Shown one piece after another: positions 45,389-54,186 of a stretch of DNA of 64,000 nt (position 1 is its first letter; every line of letters begins with the position of its first letter). The stretch is taken from IMG/VR virus record IMGVR_UViG_3300030490_000001; one strand, written 5' to 3'. Below the pieces are notes generated by a model. That model did not search any database, was not told the DNA's origin, and saw only the letters and a program-made list of their open reading frames with translations. The translations under genes and the position numbers were made by a program. Source of the DNA: a virus.

Positions 45389-45416
45389 TAAAAAAATGGC
45401 CGCAGGGGGCGGCCAT
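45389..45416 (-). terminator. hairpin plus T7 after the capsid-accessory genes
   Basis: ATGGCCGC agggg GCGGCCAT forms an 8-bp stem. On the minus strand it is followed by TTTTTTT, and TTTT lies on the plus side as well. Confidence 0.7.
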
Positions 45417-45436
45417 TTTGGTTGACCATCAATGCC

Positions 45437-45446
45437 GGTCACGAAC
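45437..45446 (-). promoter_or_regulatory. TCGTGAC-core motif site 13 (variant GTTCGTGACC)
   Basis: Reads tgaGTTCGTGACCggcat, directly after the stop at 45447. The hairpin plus T7 follows, then ATG 45377. Confidence 0.45.
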
Positions 45447-45653
45447 TCAATGAGTGTTGAGTGCCGCGATCAATGCATTGAATTGCGTTGCAACCTGCTC
45501 GGCCGTAGCCGTGCTGGGGCTGGCGATAGGCGACACTGCCTGAGCTGCAGCCAGGTTGCCGACGATATAATCGCCAGCGCCCTGCTCCGCCGTGCCCAAG
45601 TTGAGCTTGTTGACCAGTTTCTGAATTGCTGTGATTTCGTATTCGGTAGCCAT
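45447..45653 (-). CDS. small Ala-rich capsid-accessory protein
   Basis: 68 aa, downstream of the major capsid gene. Confidence 0.45.
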   Translation of the reverse strand: MATEYEITAIQKLVNKLNLGTAEQGAGDYIVGNLAAAQAVSPIASPSTATAEQVATQFNALIAALNTH

Positions 45654-45665
45654 GGCCTTTCCCTA

Positions 45666-45974
45666 TTAGCTCTCGGATTTCTTGGTGTCACCCGTGCCGG
45701 TCTTGGCTTGCGCCTTGGTGACCTCGGTTGACAAGCGTTCCTTGCTCCACTTGGCATTGACCTTGATGCCTAGGGCTTCCGCTTCCTCGCGCAACTTGAC
45801 CAACTCCTCATCGACGGCCTTTTCGCCCGCGATGACGTAACCCTTGATGCTTGCGAATACGGCGGCAGCATCGTCGCTGATCTCCTCGGAGATAACGCCA
45901 GCCTCATGCTCAACGAACTTGACGCCATTGATCAGAGTGGAGGCATTGGGGAGCTTGCAGATAACTTGTGCCAT
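45666..45974 (-). CDS. capsid decoration/accessory protein
   Basis: 102 aa, directly downstream of the major capsid gene. Confidence 0.5.
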   Translation of the reverse strand: MAQVICKLPNASTLINGVKFVEHEAGVISEEISDDAAAVFASIKGYVIAGEKAVDEELVKLREEAEALGIKVNAKWSKERLSTEVTKAQAKTGTGDTKKSES

Positions 45975-46033
45975 CGTATTTTCCTCTTGTGGAAAGCCTA
46001 GCCCCGAAGGTCTAGGCCACCATTTTCATTGGA

Positions 46034-47545
46034 TCAGTTGAAGGGGAGCCAGCTTGTGACCGAGTTCGGCAGCACGTTTTTGATGTAACCGTGATGCTTG
46101 GGCTTGGTCATGCGCAGGTAGCCGAACAGGAACTGGAACCAGGAGATGACCGGCATGCCACCCACGCCGAACGGCAGTGGGATCTTGGTCATCGGCTGGA
46201 ACTGGCGCCAGCTAAGCGCGTCAGCACCCGGGGCGAGGTTCAGGACGGGGATCGTCACGGTGCCCGGGATGAAACGGTTCTGGTCCTTGTAGACCGTCGT
46301 CGCGCCCGCGCTCTTCGGAATCACCTGCATCAGGCGCATGTCGCTCGGTGCATTCGTACCATTCAAGCGACCGCGATAGACCGCGTAGCCCGTCTCGCCA
46401 CCATTGGCCGACTGCGTGATGGTCAGCGTCACGCTCTGACCAGCCGATACGGCAACCTGTGCGCTCACGACGGACTGGGAGTAGCCAGCGCCGGCCGGTG
46501 CTACTGCAGCAACGCAGTAGAAGTAGTTTCCGCCGATGGCAGCCGTGAACTGCGAGGCAGTATCGTTCGCAGCCAGGCCAGCGATGGACACCGGGTTGTA
46601 AGCCGAGTTGCTCGACGCGGTCGCCTGGTAGTTGCCGCCCTGCGAATCCCACGGAATGGTCATCGGGTGCTGGTCGTAGTGCAGGAACGTGTCCATGCTG
46701 GTCTTGAGCACGCCGTGCGACAGGCGGATGCCTTCCACGTGGCCGCCGAGCAGCGGTGTGTTCTGACCCTGCGGTGTCCAGCGGAAAGCCGGATCGAGGC
46801 TCATGTTCAGGTCGGTCTGCACGCTGTTCGGCAGGAACGTATCGGTCGAGCGACCCCACGAGCCGAAGTTCGACACGGCCTGGTTGATCTGCGAGAACTG
46901 CTCGATGCTGGTGATCGGCTGACCCTGCATGTCGATCACGTTGCTGCCTGGCATGTTGCCTGCAGCAATTTCGCTGTCGATCTGCGAGAAGATGCCGTCG
47001 AACTGCGTCGGGGAGGCGCTGGCGTTACCGTGGAACAGTAGGTATTCCGCGTCGGTCAGCAACTGCAGGGCGCCGTTCTGTTCCTCGACGGATGTCGCTT
47101 CGATGATGTTCTTGCCAATGTTCAGCACATAACCGACCTGGCGCAGCGACATCAGGAACTTCACGAGACCCACTTCACGCGAGTAATCGCCCTGCGCGGC
47201 GCGCACGACACCCATCTGCGAGTTGGTCGAGCCGCCGAGCACGCCACCCACGTCGTTCTGACGAACGTATTCGTCGACGATGTTGGTCGCTTTGCTGGAG
47301 GCGAGGCGGTTGAACAGGACGAACTGATCGTTGTCCTGAATGGTGCTCTTCATCGCCGTATCCAGCGACTGAACACCCAACGCACCACCACCGCTCAGCG
47401 TGCTGACGTCGGTCTGGTAGTTGCTGGCCTCAAGGGCCTTCTGCAGATCAGCGAACTGATCCAGCGCACCACTCATCGACCCGCCCAGGCTCGGGAGGGC
47501 AGCACCGGGAGTAGCACCGGCAAACTGTTGGAAAATCTGATTCAT
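46034..47545 (-). CDS. major capsid protein
   Basis: 503 aa, following the protease and scaffold genes. The N-terminal GGGALGVQSLD motif is shared with the protease C-terminus (GGGALGHQSLD). Confidence 0.75.
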   Translation of the reverse strand: MNQIFQQFAGATPGAALPSLGGSMSGALDQFADLQKALEASNYQTDVSTLSGGGALGVQSLDTAMKSTIQDNDQFVLFNRLASSKATNIVDEYVRQNDVGGVLGGSTNSQMGVVRAAQGDYSREVGLVKFLMSLRQVGYVLNIGKNIIEATSVEEQNGALQLLTDAEYLLFHGNASASPTQFDGIFSQIDSEIAAGNMPGSNVIDMQGQPITSIEQFSQINQAVSNFGSWGRSTDTFLPNSVQTDLNMSLDPAFRWTPQGQNTPLLGGHVEGIRLSHGVLKTSMDTFLHYDQHPMTIPWDSQGGNYQATASSNSAYNPVSIAGLAANDTASQFTAAIGGNYFYCVAAVAPAGAGYSQSVVSAQVAVSAGQSVTLTITQSANGGETGYAVYRGRLNGTNAPSDMRLMQVIPKSAGATTVYKDQNRFIPGTVTIPVLNLAPGADALSWRQFQPMTKIPLPFGVGGMPVISWFQFLFGYLRMTKPKHHGYIKNVLPNSVTSWLPFN

Positions 47546-47586
47546 TTGGTTGCCTTTCTTCCTTGTTGCCTATTCCAGGCCGGTGG

Positions 47587-48216
47587 TTACGCCGACAGCA
47601 CCTTGCGCACGATGGCCTGATCGATTGCGCCGATCTGGTTCATGCGTACAGCGACGTCGAGGATGTTCAGCTCGCGACCGGTCAACTTGCCGGCGTCGAA
47701 AGCTGCGTGTGACTTGAGCATGAAATGCTCGCCGGTCATGCCTTCGCCTTCTGACTTGGCGAGCACGGCCGTGCCTTCGTTTTTCTGATTGACAGTGATG
47801 ACAGTCTTGCGACCGCGACCCTGACCACCGAGGACGCGCAGCTCATCCGACATGGACTTGAGCATCTCGCCCTGAGACTTGATCGTGCCGACTAGATGCG
47901 ACAGAACGCCGGTGAACTTCACGTCCGTGCTATCCATGCGATCGACGAGCGACTTGACCAGAAGTGTGCCGTCGATTGCGGCGATCTCAGTGCCATCGTC
48001 CAGCTTGATGGTGCCAAGCGACTTGGTCAGCGCATCGCCATCTTCGTCGCCTTCCTTGGTGACGGCCTTGCCGTCTTTCTTTACGCCATCGACGGTCTGG
48101 GTAGTCTTGTCGTCGTCGTCGGTTTTCTCACCGCCGTCGACATGCGACTTGGTGAGTGTTTCCTGATCCGTCTTGATCTGCTCCAGCTCGGACAGGAGAG
48201 TGTCGAAATTGCTCAT
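47587..48216 (-). CDS. scaffolding protein
   Basis: ORF trimmed to ATG 48216 (an ATGA overlap with the protease stop). It is acidic and helical, and lies between the protease and capsid genes. Confidence 0.6.
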   Translation of the reverse strand: MSNFDTLLSELEQIKTDQETLTKSHVDGGEKTDDDDKTTQTVDGVKKDGKAVTKEGDEDGDALTKSLGTIKLDDGTEIAAIDGTLLVKSLVDRMDSTDVKFTGVLSHLVGTIKSQGEMLKSMSDELRVLGGQGRGRKTVITVNQKNEGTAVLAKSEGEGMTGEHFMLKSHAAFDAGKLTGRELNILDVAVRMNQIGAIDQAIVRKVLSA

Positions 48217-49103
48217 GACTTGCTCCGTTGTGTGATTCCAGTTTTCAAATCGCGCGCGAAGCGCTCTACCCATTCCGCCGACTTCTCAATCGGGAGACTG
48301 AATTTGGTGTGTGCGTGACGGGCCATGTCTTTCATGGACGGGTCATCGCCCAACGTGCCCGCGCTAAGATCAGCAGCAAGCGCATTGCGAAAATCGAGGT
48401 ACTTTTTGATGCCGTGGTCCAGCGACTGATGGCCGAGCGCACCGCCGCCGGTGAGCGCGGAGACGTCCGTGCTTGAGCTCGCCTCCATCGCCTTGGCAAG
48501 ATCCAGGCCGCCGACTCCCCAGCACTTCGCCAGGATGTCGAACGGTACCGTCGCGACAGTGGCGACGTTCTGATTCACTGGCGTACGGCTAAAGCCGATG
48601 TTCGACCAGCGAACCTTTTTGACGATCGCTTTCTTGAGCTGCGTTGTCGGATCGATCTCTACGTCGCGAGCCAGGACGGCGCCGCCCACGGACGGGTACC
48701 ACTTGGCCGGCGGATTGCGCTCGGTCATCGACGCCCAGAACTGGTTGCCCTTGTCGGCAGCCGGGCCGTCCCCGGAAACGATCTCGCCTTTGACGAACGT
48801 CTTGTCGCGGTTGAACGTCACGTCGACCGGGTGACCGATCTCGAACTGGCTATAGTTGGGGATGCCAACCTTGGCGCCAATCATCGTGATGTGATCGATG
48901 TCCAGGTTGCCGTACTTTTTGAAGTACGGCGCGCTATCTTGCAGCGCCTTTTGGAGCACGACTTCATTCTGCGCGTCAGTCGTCTCGTCGCTCGCCTCGA
49001 TATACACGTAGCGCTTCTCACCCTCTTGAAATGGTGTCGCTTTGAGCATCGATCCGATGCTCAAGTATTCGGGTGATGCTGCGAGAATTTCGCGGTCGTT
49101 CAT
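48213..49103 (-). CDS. XkdF-like prohead protease
   Basis: ORF trimmed to ATG 49103 (MNDREIL..). YVYIEASDETTDAQNEVV...AL...A..F.KYGNLDIDH resembles XkdF-type putative proteases. Motif site 14 ends 14 nt before the ATG. Confidence 0.55.
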   Translation of the reverse strand: MNDREILAASPEYLSIGSMLKATPFQEGEKRYVYIEASDETTDAQNEVVLQKALQDSAPYFKKYGNLDIDHITMIGAKVGIPNYSQFEIGHPVDVTFNRDKTFVKGEIVSGDGPAADKGNQFWASMTERNPPAKWYPSVGGAVLARDVEIDPTTQLKKAIVKKVRWSNIGFSRTPVNQNVATVATVPFDILAKCWGVGGLDLAKAMEASSSTDVSALTGGGALGHQSLDHGIKKYLDFRNALAADLSAGTLGDDPSMKDMARHAHTKFSLPIEKSAEWVERFARDLKTGITQRSKS

Positions 49104-49117
49104 AGCAACAATTTTCG

Positions 49118-49127
49118 TGTCACGACT
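49118..49127 (-). promoter_or_regulatory. TCGTGAC-core motif site 14
   Basis: Reads gcaaataAGTCGTGACAcgaaaattgttgctATG. There are 14 nt to ATG 49103, and no SD. Confidence 0.6.
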
Positions 49128-49153
49128 TATTTGCTGCGAGCAGCGAGTCGCGA

Positions 49154-49735
49154 TCACGCATGCTTCGCCCCCGCTACTTCGTCAGGAGTGAACACGAATC
49201 CGCTCTTGCGCGGGAACGCCTGGAATCCCCAGGTGGGCGCAGTGCGGTGATGGATGCCGTGCGTCGGCGAACGATGGAACTTCGCATCGAGCGGCAGCAT
49301 GTTCGCCATGGAGTCGACGAACGTCTCCGGCTTTTTTGGATCGAATGCGGCCCAATCGAATCCGCGCGCCGTCGTGAGCTGGATGACCAGGTAGATCAGC
49401 GACTGCTCGACGGGGAACGTCTCGCCAGTGGGCTGATCGGTGATCGGATCGAGGACGGGGAGCGCCGTGATTTTGCCTGTAGCAACGCCCTTTACGGTCG
49501 CCCAGTCGATCGCGTCGGCGAAAGCCCATTCGCAGAACACGTGATGATATTCGGGGTGCGCCTGGCCGCTTACGGCGCAGACGAGGCCGGCCTTGTGGCC
49601 TGCGGTCTTGGTATGGCGGAACGTTGCGGACTCGCCTCGCGGCGCTGCGTGGTCGGGGTAATACTCGACCTCAGCCTCACTGGATTTTGCCAGATGCTCA
49701 TGCGCCTCGACTGGCGCGACAGCAGTGTCTTTCAT
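49154..49735 (-). CDS. His-rich, possibly HNH-like protein
   Basis: 193 aa. CAVSGQAHPEYHHVF and NMLPLDAKFHRSPTHGIHH loosely fit a beta-beta-alpha-Me/HNH layout. This is a weak call. Confidence 0.4.
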   Translation of the reverse strand: MKDTAVAPVEAHEHLAKSSEAEVEYYPDHAAPRGESATFRHTKTAGHKAGLVCAVSGQAHPEYHHVFCEWAFADAIDWATVKGVATGKITALPVLDPITDQPTGETFPVEQSLIYLVIQLTTARGFDWAAFDPKKPETFVDSMANMLPLDAKFHRSPTHGIHHRTAPTWGFQAFPRKSGFVFTPDEVAGAKHA

Positions 49736-49740
49736 GACTC

Positions 49741-49766
49741 GCCATACATCCTGTTTGGTGTATGGC
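49741..49766 (-). other. hairpin between motif site 15 and start codon 49735
   Basis: GCCATACA (10-nt loop) TGTATGGC forms an 8-bp stem with no T-run. It ends 5 nt before the ATG. Confidence 0.55.
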
Positions 49767-49774
49767 GAGTTTCA

Positions 49775-49784
49775 TGTCACGACT
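49775..49784 (-). promoter_or_regulatory. TCGTGAC-core motif site 15
   Basis: Reads gagaataAGTCGTGACAtgaaa. It overlaps the stop codon of the 1271-aa gene by 1 nt. The hairpin follows, then ATG 49735. Confidence 0.6.
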
Positions 49785-52700
49785 TATTCTCCCAACATCT
49801 CCAACGCCTTTTGCAGCGTGTTGGATTTCTGCATGGCGGTCACGATCTTGTCGATCGCCGCGTTGATGCGCTGACGTTCCTCGCCCTCGGGAAACGGCTT
49901 CTGATCGCCAAAGAGCGGATCACGGTAATACTTGTTGTCGGCCTTAGCTGAGAGGTAGTCATTGCGACGACCCTTATCGGCGAGGCGGTCCTCGATCCAG
50001 CCCTGGAACGCGCGCGCGGCCATCTCTTCGGTCGTGGCCCAGTATTTCGCGCTACCGCCGTCCAGCTTGGTCGCCTCCAGTGCGAACGACGACATGGGCT
50101 TGCCACTATGCACCTTGATCTCACCGCCCTCGGCGTTGCCGCCAAAGTGCGCGTGCGCGAGAGTCTTCCAATCGCCGGAGATCTTTTTCGTGCGGCGGGA
50201 CGCGCTCGATTCCTTGCCGCCCTCGGTGTTGAAGTGCCGGTCCAATCGCTGCACGGCATCGTTCACGTTGGCGGACTCCTTGATGATGGCGAGCGGCCCG
50301 GTCTTTGTGAAGCTCTCCCGACTCATGACGCGCTTTGCTTGTGCGTGATCCTGTGCCGTGTAGGCGTGCGTGTTGGATATGCGCAGGCCGCCCTCCCACA
50401 TCACGTGACGGAAATCGGCGAACGCGTCGCGCAGCTCACCCGGCGGCAACGCCTCGGGGGTTTCGGTGGCAAAGGTGTCCTTGTTGACGGCCTGGACCGT
50501 CTCAGCCTCGGCGATCATGTTGTCCAGCGCGTGGAACCATTCATGACCCAGTGCGCCGCCGCCTCCCAGCTTGGTGAGGTTGATCACGCGCTGCACGGGT
50601 TCATAGTGAGCGCGGGCCGCGCCGCCGAAACCAGCATTGCCGGTGCCGCGCGCGCCAAACGCCAGCGCAAGGCGGCCGTTCAGCGCGATGGTTTTGTCAT
50701 CGGCACCGAGCAAGTCAGCTAGATCCGCGAAAGCGGCAGCAGACTGCTCCGTGTGGAACTTCGCGCTGACCGGGTCGCGCAGTACCCAGTTGCCCGACTG
50801 CACGTCGCGCAGGCCGAACGCATCCTTGAGTTCCATGGTCGATTCGGGAGTGACGGTACGGCCGCCGACGCGCTCATAGGAGTCCGCTACCTGGAGCTGG
50901 AACCGTTGCCCCTCTTTGGTGATCTTCGGTGCACGCGTGATCTCTTTCTCTGCCCACGACCAATCCTTGACCTTGCCGGCCCTGGCGGACGCCATGTGAT
51001 TGGCGAATGCATCGGAACCCTTGGCGCGGCGATAGCGCAGGACGCCGATGAAGCGATCGCCCATGGTTTGCCACGCGCGGTGCAGCGGGTTTTCGGTCTT
51101 GTTGCGCACGTGCGCCGCGAGCGCAATGGCGCGTTGCTGGCTGGCGATGGACTGCCGGCGCGAGCTGATCTCGTCGCGACGCGGCTTGCTAGAGTGGAGC
51201 TTTTCACTCCAGGCTTCCCATGTCTTGTCATGCTCAGCCTTTGCATCAGCGAGTGCAGCGTGGTGTTCTGGCTTGATCTCCCAACCACGGCGCTTACGCT
51301 TACCGATCTCATGCTCGGCCGCGTACTGAACGGCCTTCTGTTTTTGTGCCAGCGCATAGAGCGGGTCAGCCTCCGCATCGAGTGCGCGGTATTCGCGGAA
51401 CAGGTCGTGGTTTTCCTGCGCCAACTCCTCGTACACCGCCGATTCCTCGGCGTTGAGGATGGTGCCGTCGTACTCCTCTTGCAGATCGGACAGAACCTCA
51501 CTTACCTCCTCGGTAGTCTTGCATGACTCCAGCCGATCGCGCAGCGTCTGCAGGCCGAGGGTGTAATCCTTCCGGGCCTGCGGGCTTTCATGGCTCGGCT
51601 CCGTGCCGATGGCCGCGTAGATTCGGTCGATGATGAATCCAGTGCCCGGGTCCATGCCGCCGTCGCGCAGCGCAGTCCAATCCACTGCGCCGAACAGATT
51701 CGACTTGGTGATCAGGTCTTTCGCTTCACGCGGGTTCTGCTCGATCTGCTCCCAGTTGATCGCCGTGACGTATACGCGCGCGCCCTCGGCCTTGGCGACC
51801 TTGATGACCTGCTGCGCGGTAGCGAGCTCTTTGCGCGAGCCGGACACGTAACCGGTATCGGCGTAGCGGTAATTCTTACTGTTGGGATTGTCGACGTCAT
51901 CGATGTCCTGCGATGCCGGCTCGACCTTCGGCCTGGATGCTCCGCGCTTCACCTTGCGCTCGCGCAGGCCAAGCTCGCCGAGTACGTCATCGCGGGTGAG
52001 GCCGAGCGCATTAGCCAGGCCATCGATCACCGCGACCGGCTGCGACTTCACGCCAGGCGTATCGAGGCCCCCGTGAAGCTTGATCGCTTCCTGCAGTGTC
52101 GCCGCGAGCTGCTCACGACCTCCCATCTGCTCGATCTTGTCGCGCAGCTTCTGGAGATTCATCTCATGCTGGTCGGGCTCTGTAGCGGGCACTTCATCCT
52201 CACCAGCGACATCGTGCGCCACCTCACGCAGCTTGGCCTTTGCTTCATCGCTGTGCGGGTCTTTCGCGAGCGCGTCGGCAAGCTCCTGGCGCTGCACGGA
52301 CTCGGCATCGGTCGGCGCTGCCTTGGCTTGCTCCTGCTTGTGCCAGCGGCCGTCGCGGAACACGAGCGTGCCATCAGCGCCATCCTTGGTTTCTCCATCC
52401 TTTGGGCCATCGGGATCGGAACTGGGATCGTCTTTCTCTGCGCTCTCCACATCATGGCCGTGCCGTTTCGCGAATGCGACGGCCTCGGTGGCCGTGTCAA
52501 ATGTGTTTTTCTTCGGCCCGAACCGCTCGCCGAACTGCTTTCCGGCCTGGATCTGCTCAGGGGTCGCATCCTTGTAGTGGATTTCATCCGGCACGCGACC
52601 GACGTAACCGAATTTGCCATTCGGGAACTTGACCACGTGCAGGCCTAGGCCACCATTCTTGTCCAGGGTCGGCACGACCGGCCCCTTGCTTGCAGCAGCG

Positions 52701-53599
52701 GCAGCGGCATCCGCTTCGCTCAAGGTTCCATCCTTCGACTTCGCCTGCATGGCCGCGTGAGCAGCGATGGCACGCTGACGGCTGGCCTCGCTTGCCGTTT
52801 CAACGGCAGCAGCCAGTGCATCAATGGCATCTTGCTGCGATGTGAGATCGTACATCTGCTCGATGTCATCCGACTGCGGGATGACGAACCAACCGCTCCG
52901 ATTGCGATCGATGATGCCGCCATGTACCGGATTGGTGTTGGTGATCAAGCCATCGACGCTACCAGTCCAGCCATCGGGCAGCTTGCGCGGCTCCGCCTTG
53001 GGTTCTGGCTTCGGCTCAGGCCTTTTCTCTGGCTCAGGAACGGGCGCCGGCTCGGCCACCTTCGGCTCCTCTTTCGGCTCCTCATGTGCAGGCAGATGCT
53101 TCTCGCGGATAAACCATCCGCCGTCCTTTTTGAACGTGTACGGATCGATGTCCGTGGCCGAATCCTTGTCGAGGTCGCGACGCACGATGCCGCGCAGGGT
53201 CTTGCCCTTGCCGGTGACGTGCTCGACGATCTCGTGCTTGTCTGGCTCAGCCTTTGGTGCGGTCTTGGCCTCGTCGTGCATACCGAGGCGTTCCATGATG
53301 GCGTTCGGCTCGATGCCGTCAATGTGCGCCATGGCGTCGATCAGCTTGGCGCGCTGCTCAGGCTTCATGTCCGACAGCTCATCGCGCATGCGAGCCGCGC
53401 CGCCATGCTTCTCGATGAATGAGTCAAGGCGCGTCGGCTCAGCTTTCTGCGACGCGGCATGCGCGTGCGCCTGGTGCGGCTGCATCGACACTTTCTGCAT
53501 GCGCATGTGAGGCTTCACATACGTGCCATCGGGATTGTAATGACCGGCCACTTGGACCGGCATACTGATGAGCGGCGAGGACTTCGTGAAAAATATCAT
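49784..53599 (-). CDS. large polyvalent virion-associated protein with a zincin-like HExxH motif
   Basis: 1271 aa, multi-domain, with Lys/Glu/Pro-rich linkers. LGGGGALGHEWFHALDN contains HEWFH. It lies in the head module next to MuF, as described for phage polyvalent proteins. Confidence 0.7.
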   Translation of the reverse strand: MIFFTKSSPLISMPVQVAGHYNPDGTYVKPHMRMQKVSMQPHQAHAHAASQKAEPTRLDSFIEKHGGAARMRDELSDMKPEQRAKLIDAMAHIDGIEPNAIMERLGMHDEAKTAPKAEPDKHEIVEHVTGKGKTLRGIVRRDLDKDSATDIDPYTFKKDGGWFIREKHLPAHEEPKEEPKVAEPAPVPEPEKRPEPKPEPKAEPRKLPDGWTGSVDGLITNTNPVHGGIIDRNRSGWFVIPQSDDIEQMYDLTSQQDAIDALAAAVETASEASRQRAIAAHAAMQAKSKDGTLSEADAAAAAASKGPVVPTLDKNGGLGLHVVKFPNGKFGYVGRVPDEIHYKDATPEQIQAGKQFGERFGPKKNTFDTATEAVAFAKRHGHDVESAEKDDPSSDPDGPKDGETKDGADGTLVFRDGRWHKQEQAKAAPTDAESVQRQELADALAKDPHSDEAKAKLREVAHDVAGEDEVPATEPDQHEMNLQKLRDKIEQMGGREQLAATLQEAIKLHGGLDTPGVKSQPVAVIDGLANALGLTRDDVLGELGLRERKVKRGASRPKVEPASQDIDDVDNPNSKNYRYADTGYVSGSRKELATAQQVIKVAKAEGARVYVTAINWEQIEQNPREAKDLITKSNLFGAVDWTALRDGGMDPGTGFIIDRIYAAIGTEPSHESPQARKDYTLGLQTLRDRLESCKTTEEVSEVLSDLQEEYDGTILNAEESAVYEELAQENHDLFREYRALDAEADPLYALAQKQKAVQYAAEHEIGKRKRRGWEIKPEHHAALADAKAEHDKTWEAWSEKLHSSKPRRDEISSRRQSIASQQRAIALAAHVRNKTENPLHRAWQTMGDRFIGVLRYRRAKGSDAFANHMASARAGKVKDWSWAEKEITRAPKITKEGQRFQLQVADSYERVGGRTVTPESTMELKDAFGLRDVQSGNWVLRDPVSAKFHTEQSAAAFADLADLLGADDKTIALNGRLALAFGARGTGNAGFGGAARAHYEPVQRVINLTKLGGGGALGHEWFHALDNMIAEAETVQAVNKDTFATETPEALPPGELRDAFADFRHVMWEGGLRISNTHAYTAQDHAQAKRVMSRESFTKTGPLAIIKESANVNDAVQRLDRHFNTEGGKESSASRRTKKISGDWKTLAHAHFGGNAEGGEIKVHSGKPMSSFALEATKLDGGSAKYWATTEEMAARAFQGWIEDRLADKGRRNDYLSAKADNKYYRDPLFGDQKPFPEGEERQRINAAIDKIVTAMQKSNTLQKALEMLGE

Positions 53600-53604
53600 G
53601 GGTA

Positions 53605-53625
53605 GCCGATTGTGTGGATATCGGC
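53605..53625 (-). other. hairpin between motif site 16 and start codon 53599
   Basis: GCCGAT (9-nt loop) ATCGGC forms a 6-bp stem. It ends 5 nt before the ATG. Confidence 0.45.
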
Positions 53626-53635
53626 CTCATTGTCG

Positions 53636-53645
53636 TGTCACGATT
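53636..53645 (-). promoter_or_regulatory. TCGTGAC-core motif site 16 (variant AATCGTGACA)
   Basis: Reads gtgtAATCGTGACAcgaca. It is part of the palindrome TCGTGtCACGA. The hairpin follows, then ATG 53599. Confidence 0.5.
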
Positions 53646-53661
53646 ACACGTTAGCGCCGAG

Positions 53662-54186
53662 CTAGGCGGCGCTACTCATGAACAGGATAACGGTGGACAT
53701 ACCCAATCCTTTGATCATTGCAGGGGCTTCATTGGTATCCTTCACCTTGCGCACGAACTCATCCACCGGCATCGCCGTAATGGGTCCAAGGAAGCGCGGG
53801 TCGCTGTAGTGCTGCAGATAGGCTGCGCGGGCATCCACGTCGTTTTCAAAGCCGATCATGCATTTGTCTTCATCGTAGTTCGCCCAGTCGCCCGCCTTGC
53901 GCTGGTGCACGATGTAGACCATTGGTGCGGCCAGATTCGGCCCTAGGTAGACGTCAACTTCGTCGCCGTCGACCGCCTCGGATCGCTTGATATAACCGTA
54001 GTCGTGGAGCATCTTCGTCTGCCAGCCTTTGCCGGTGCGAGTGCTGCCAACGGGGTTCTCGATCGCGATGTCCAGGCCCTTCCACTTCACGACGGGCTTG
54101 CGGTAATTACCGGCGCGGGCCTGGGCGTCAGTGGGTTTGACCCACACCTCGCCGCGCACGTGCGACTTAGTCAGCATGCTTGGCAC
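53662..54186 (-). CDS. inorganic pyrophosphatase-like domain protein
   Basis: 174 aa. IENPVGSTR and DGDEVDV match the family I PPase signature D-[SGDN]-D-[PE]-[LIVMF]-D-[LIVMGAC] as I remember it. Confidence 0.5.
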   Translation of the reverse strand: MPSMLTKSHVRGEVWVKPTDAQARAGNYRKPVVKWKGLDIAIENPVGSTRTGKGWQTKMLHDYGYIKRSEAVDGDEVDVYLGPNLAAPMVYIVHQRKAGDWANYDEDKCMIGFENDVDARAAYLQHYSDPRFLGPITAMPVDEFVRKVKDTNEAPAMIKGLGMSTVILFMSSAA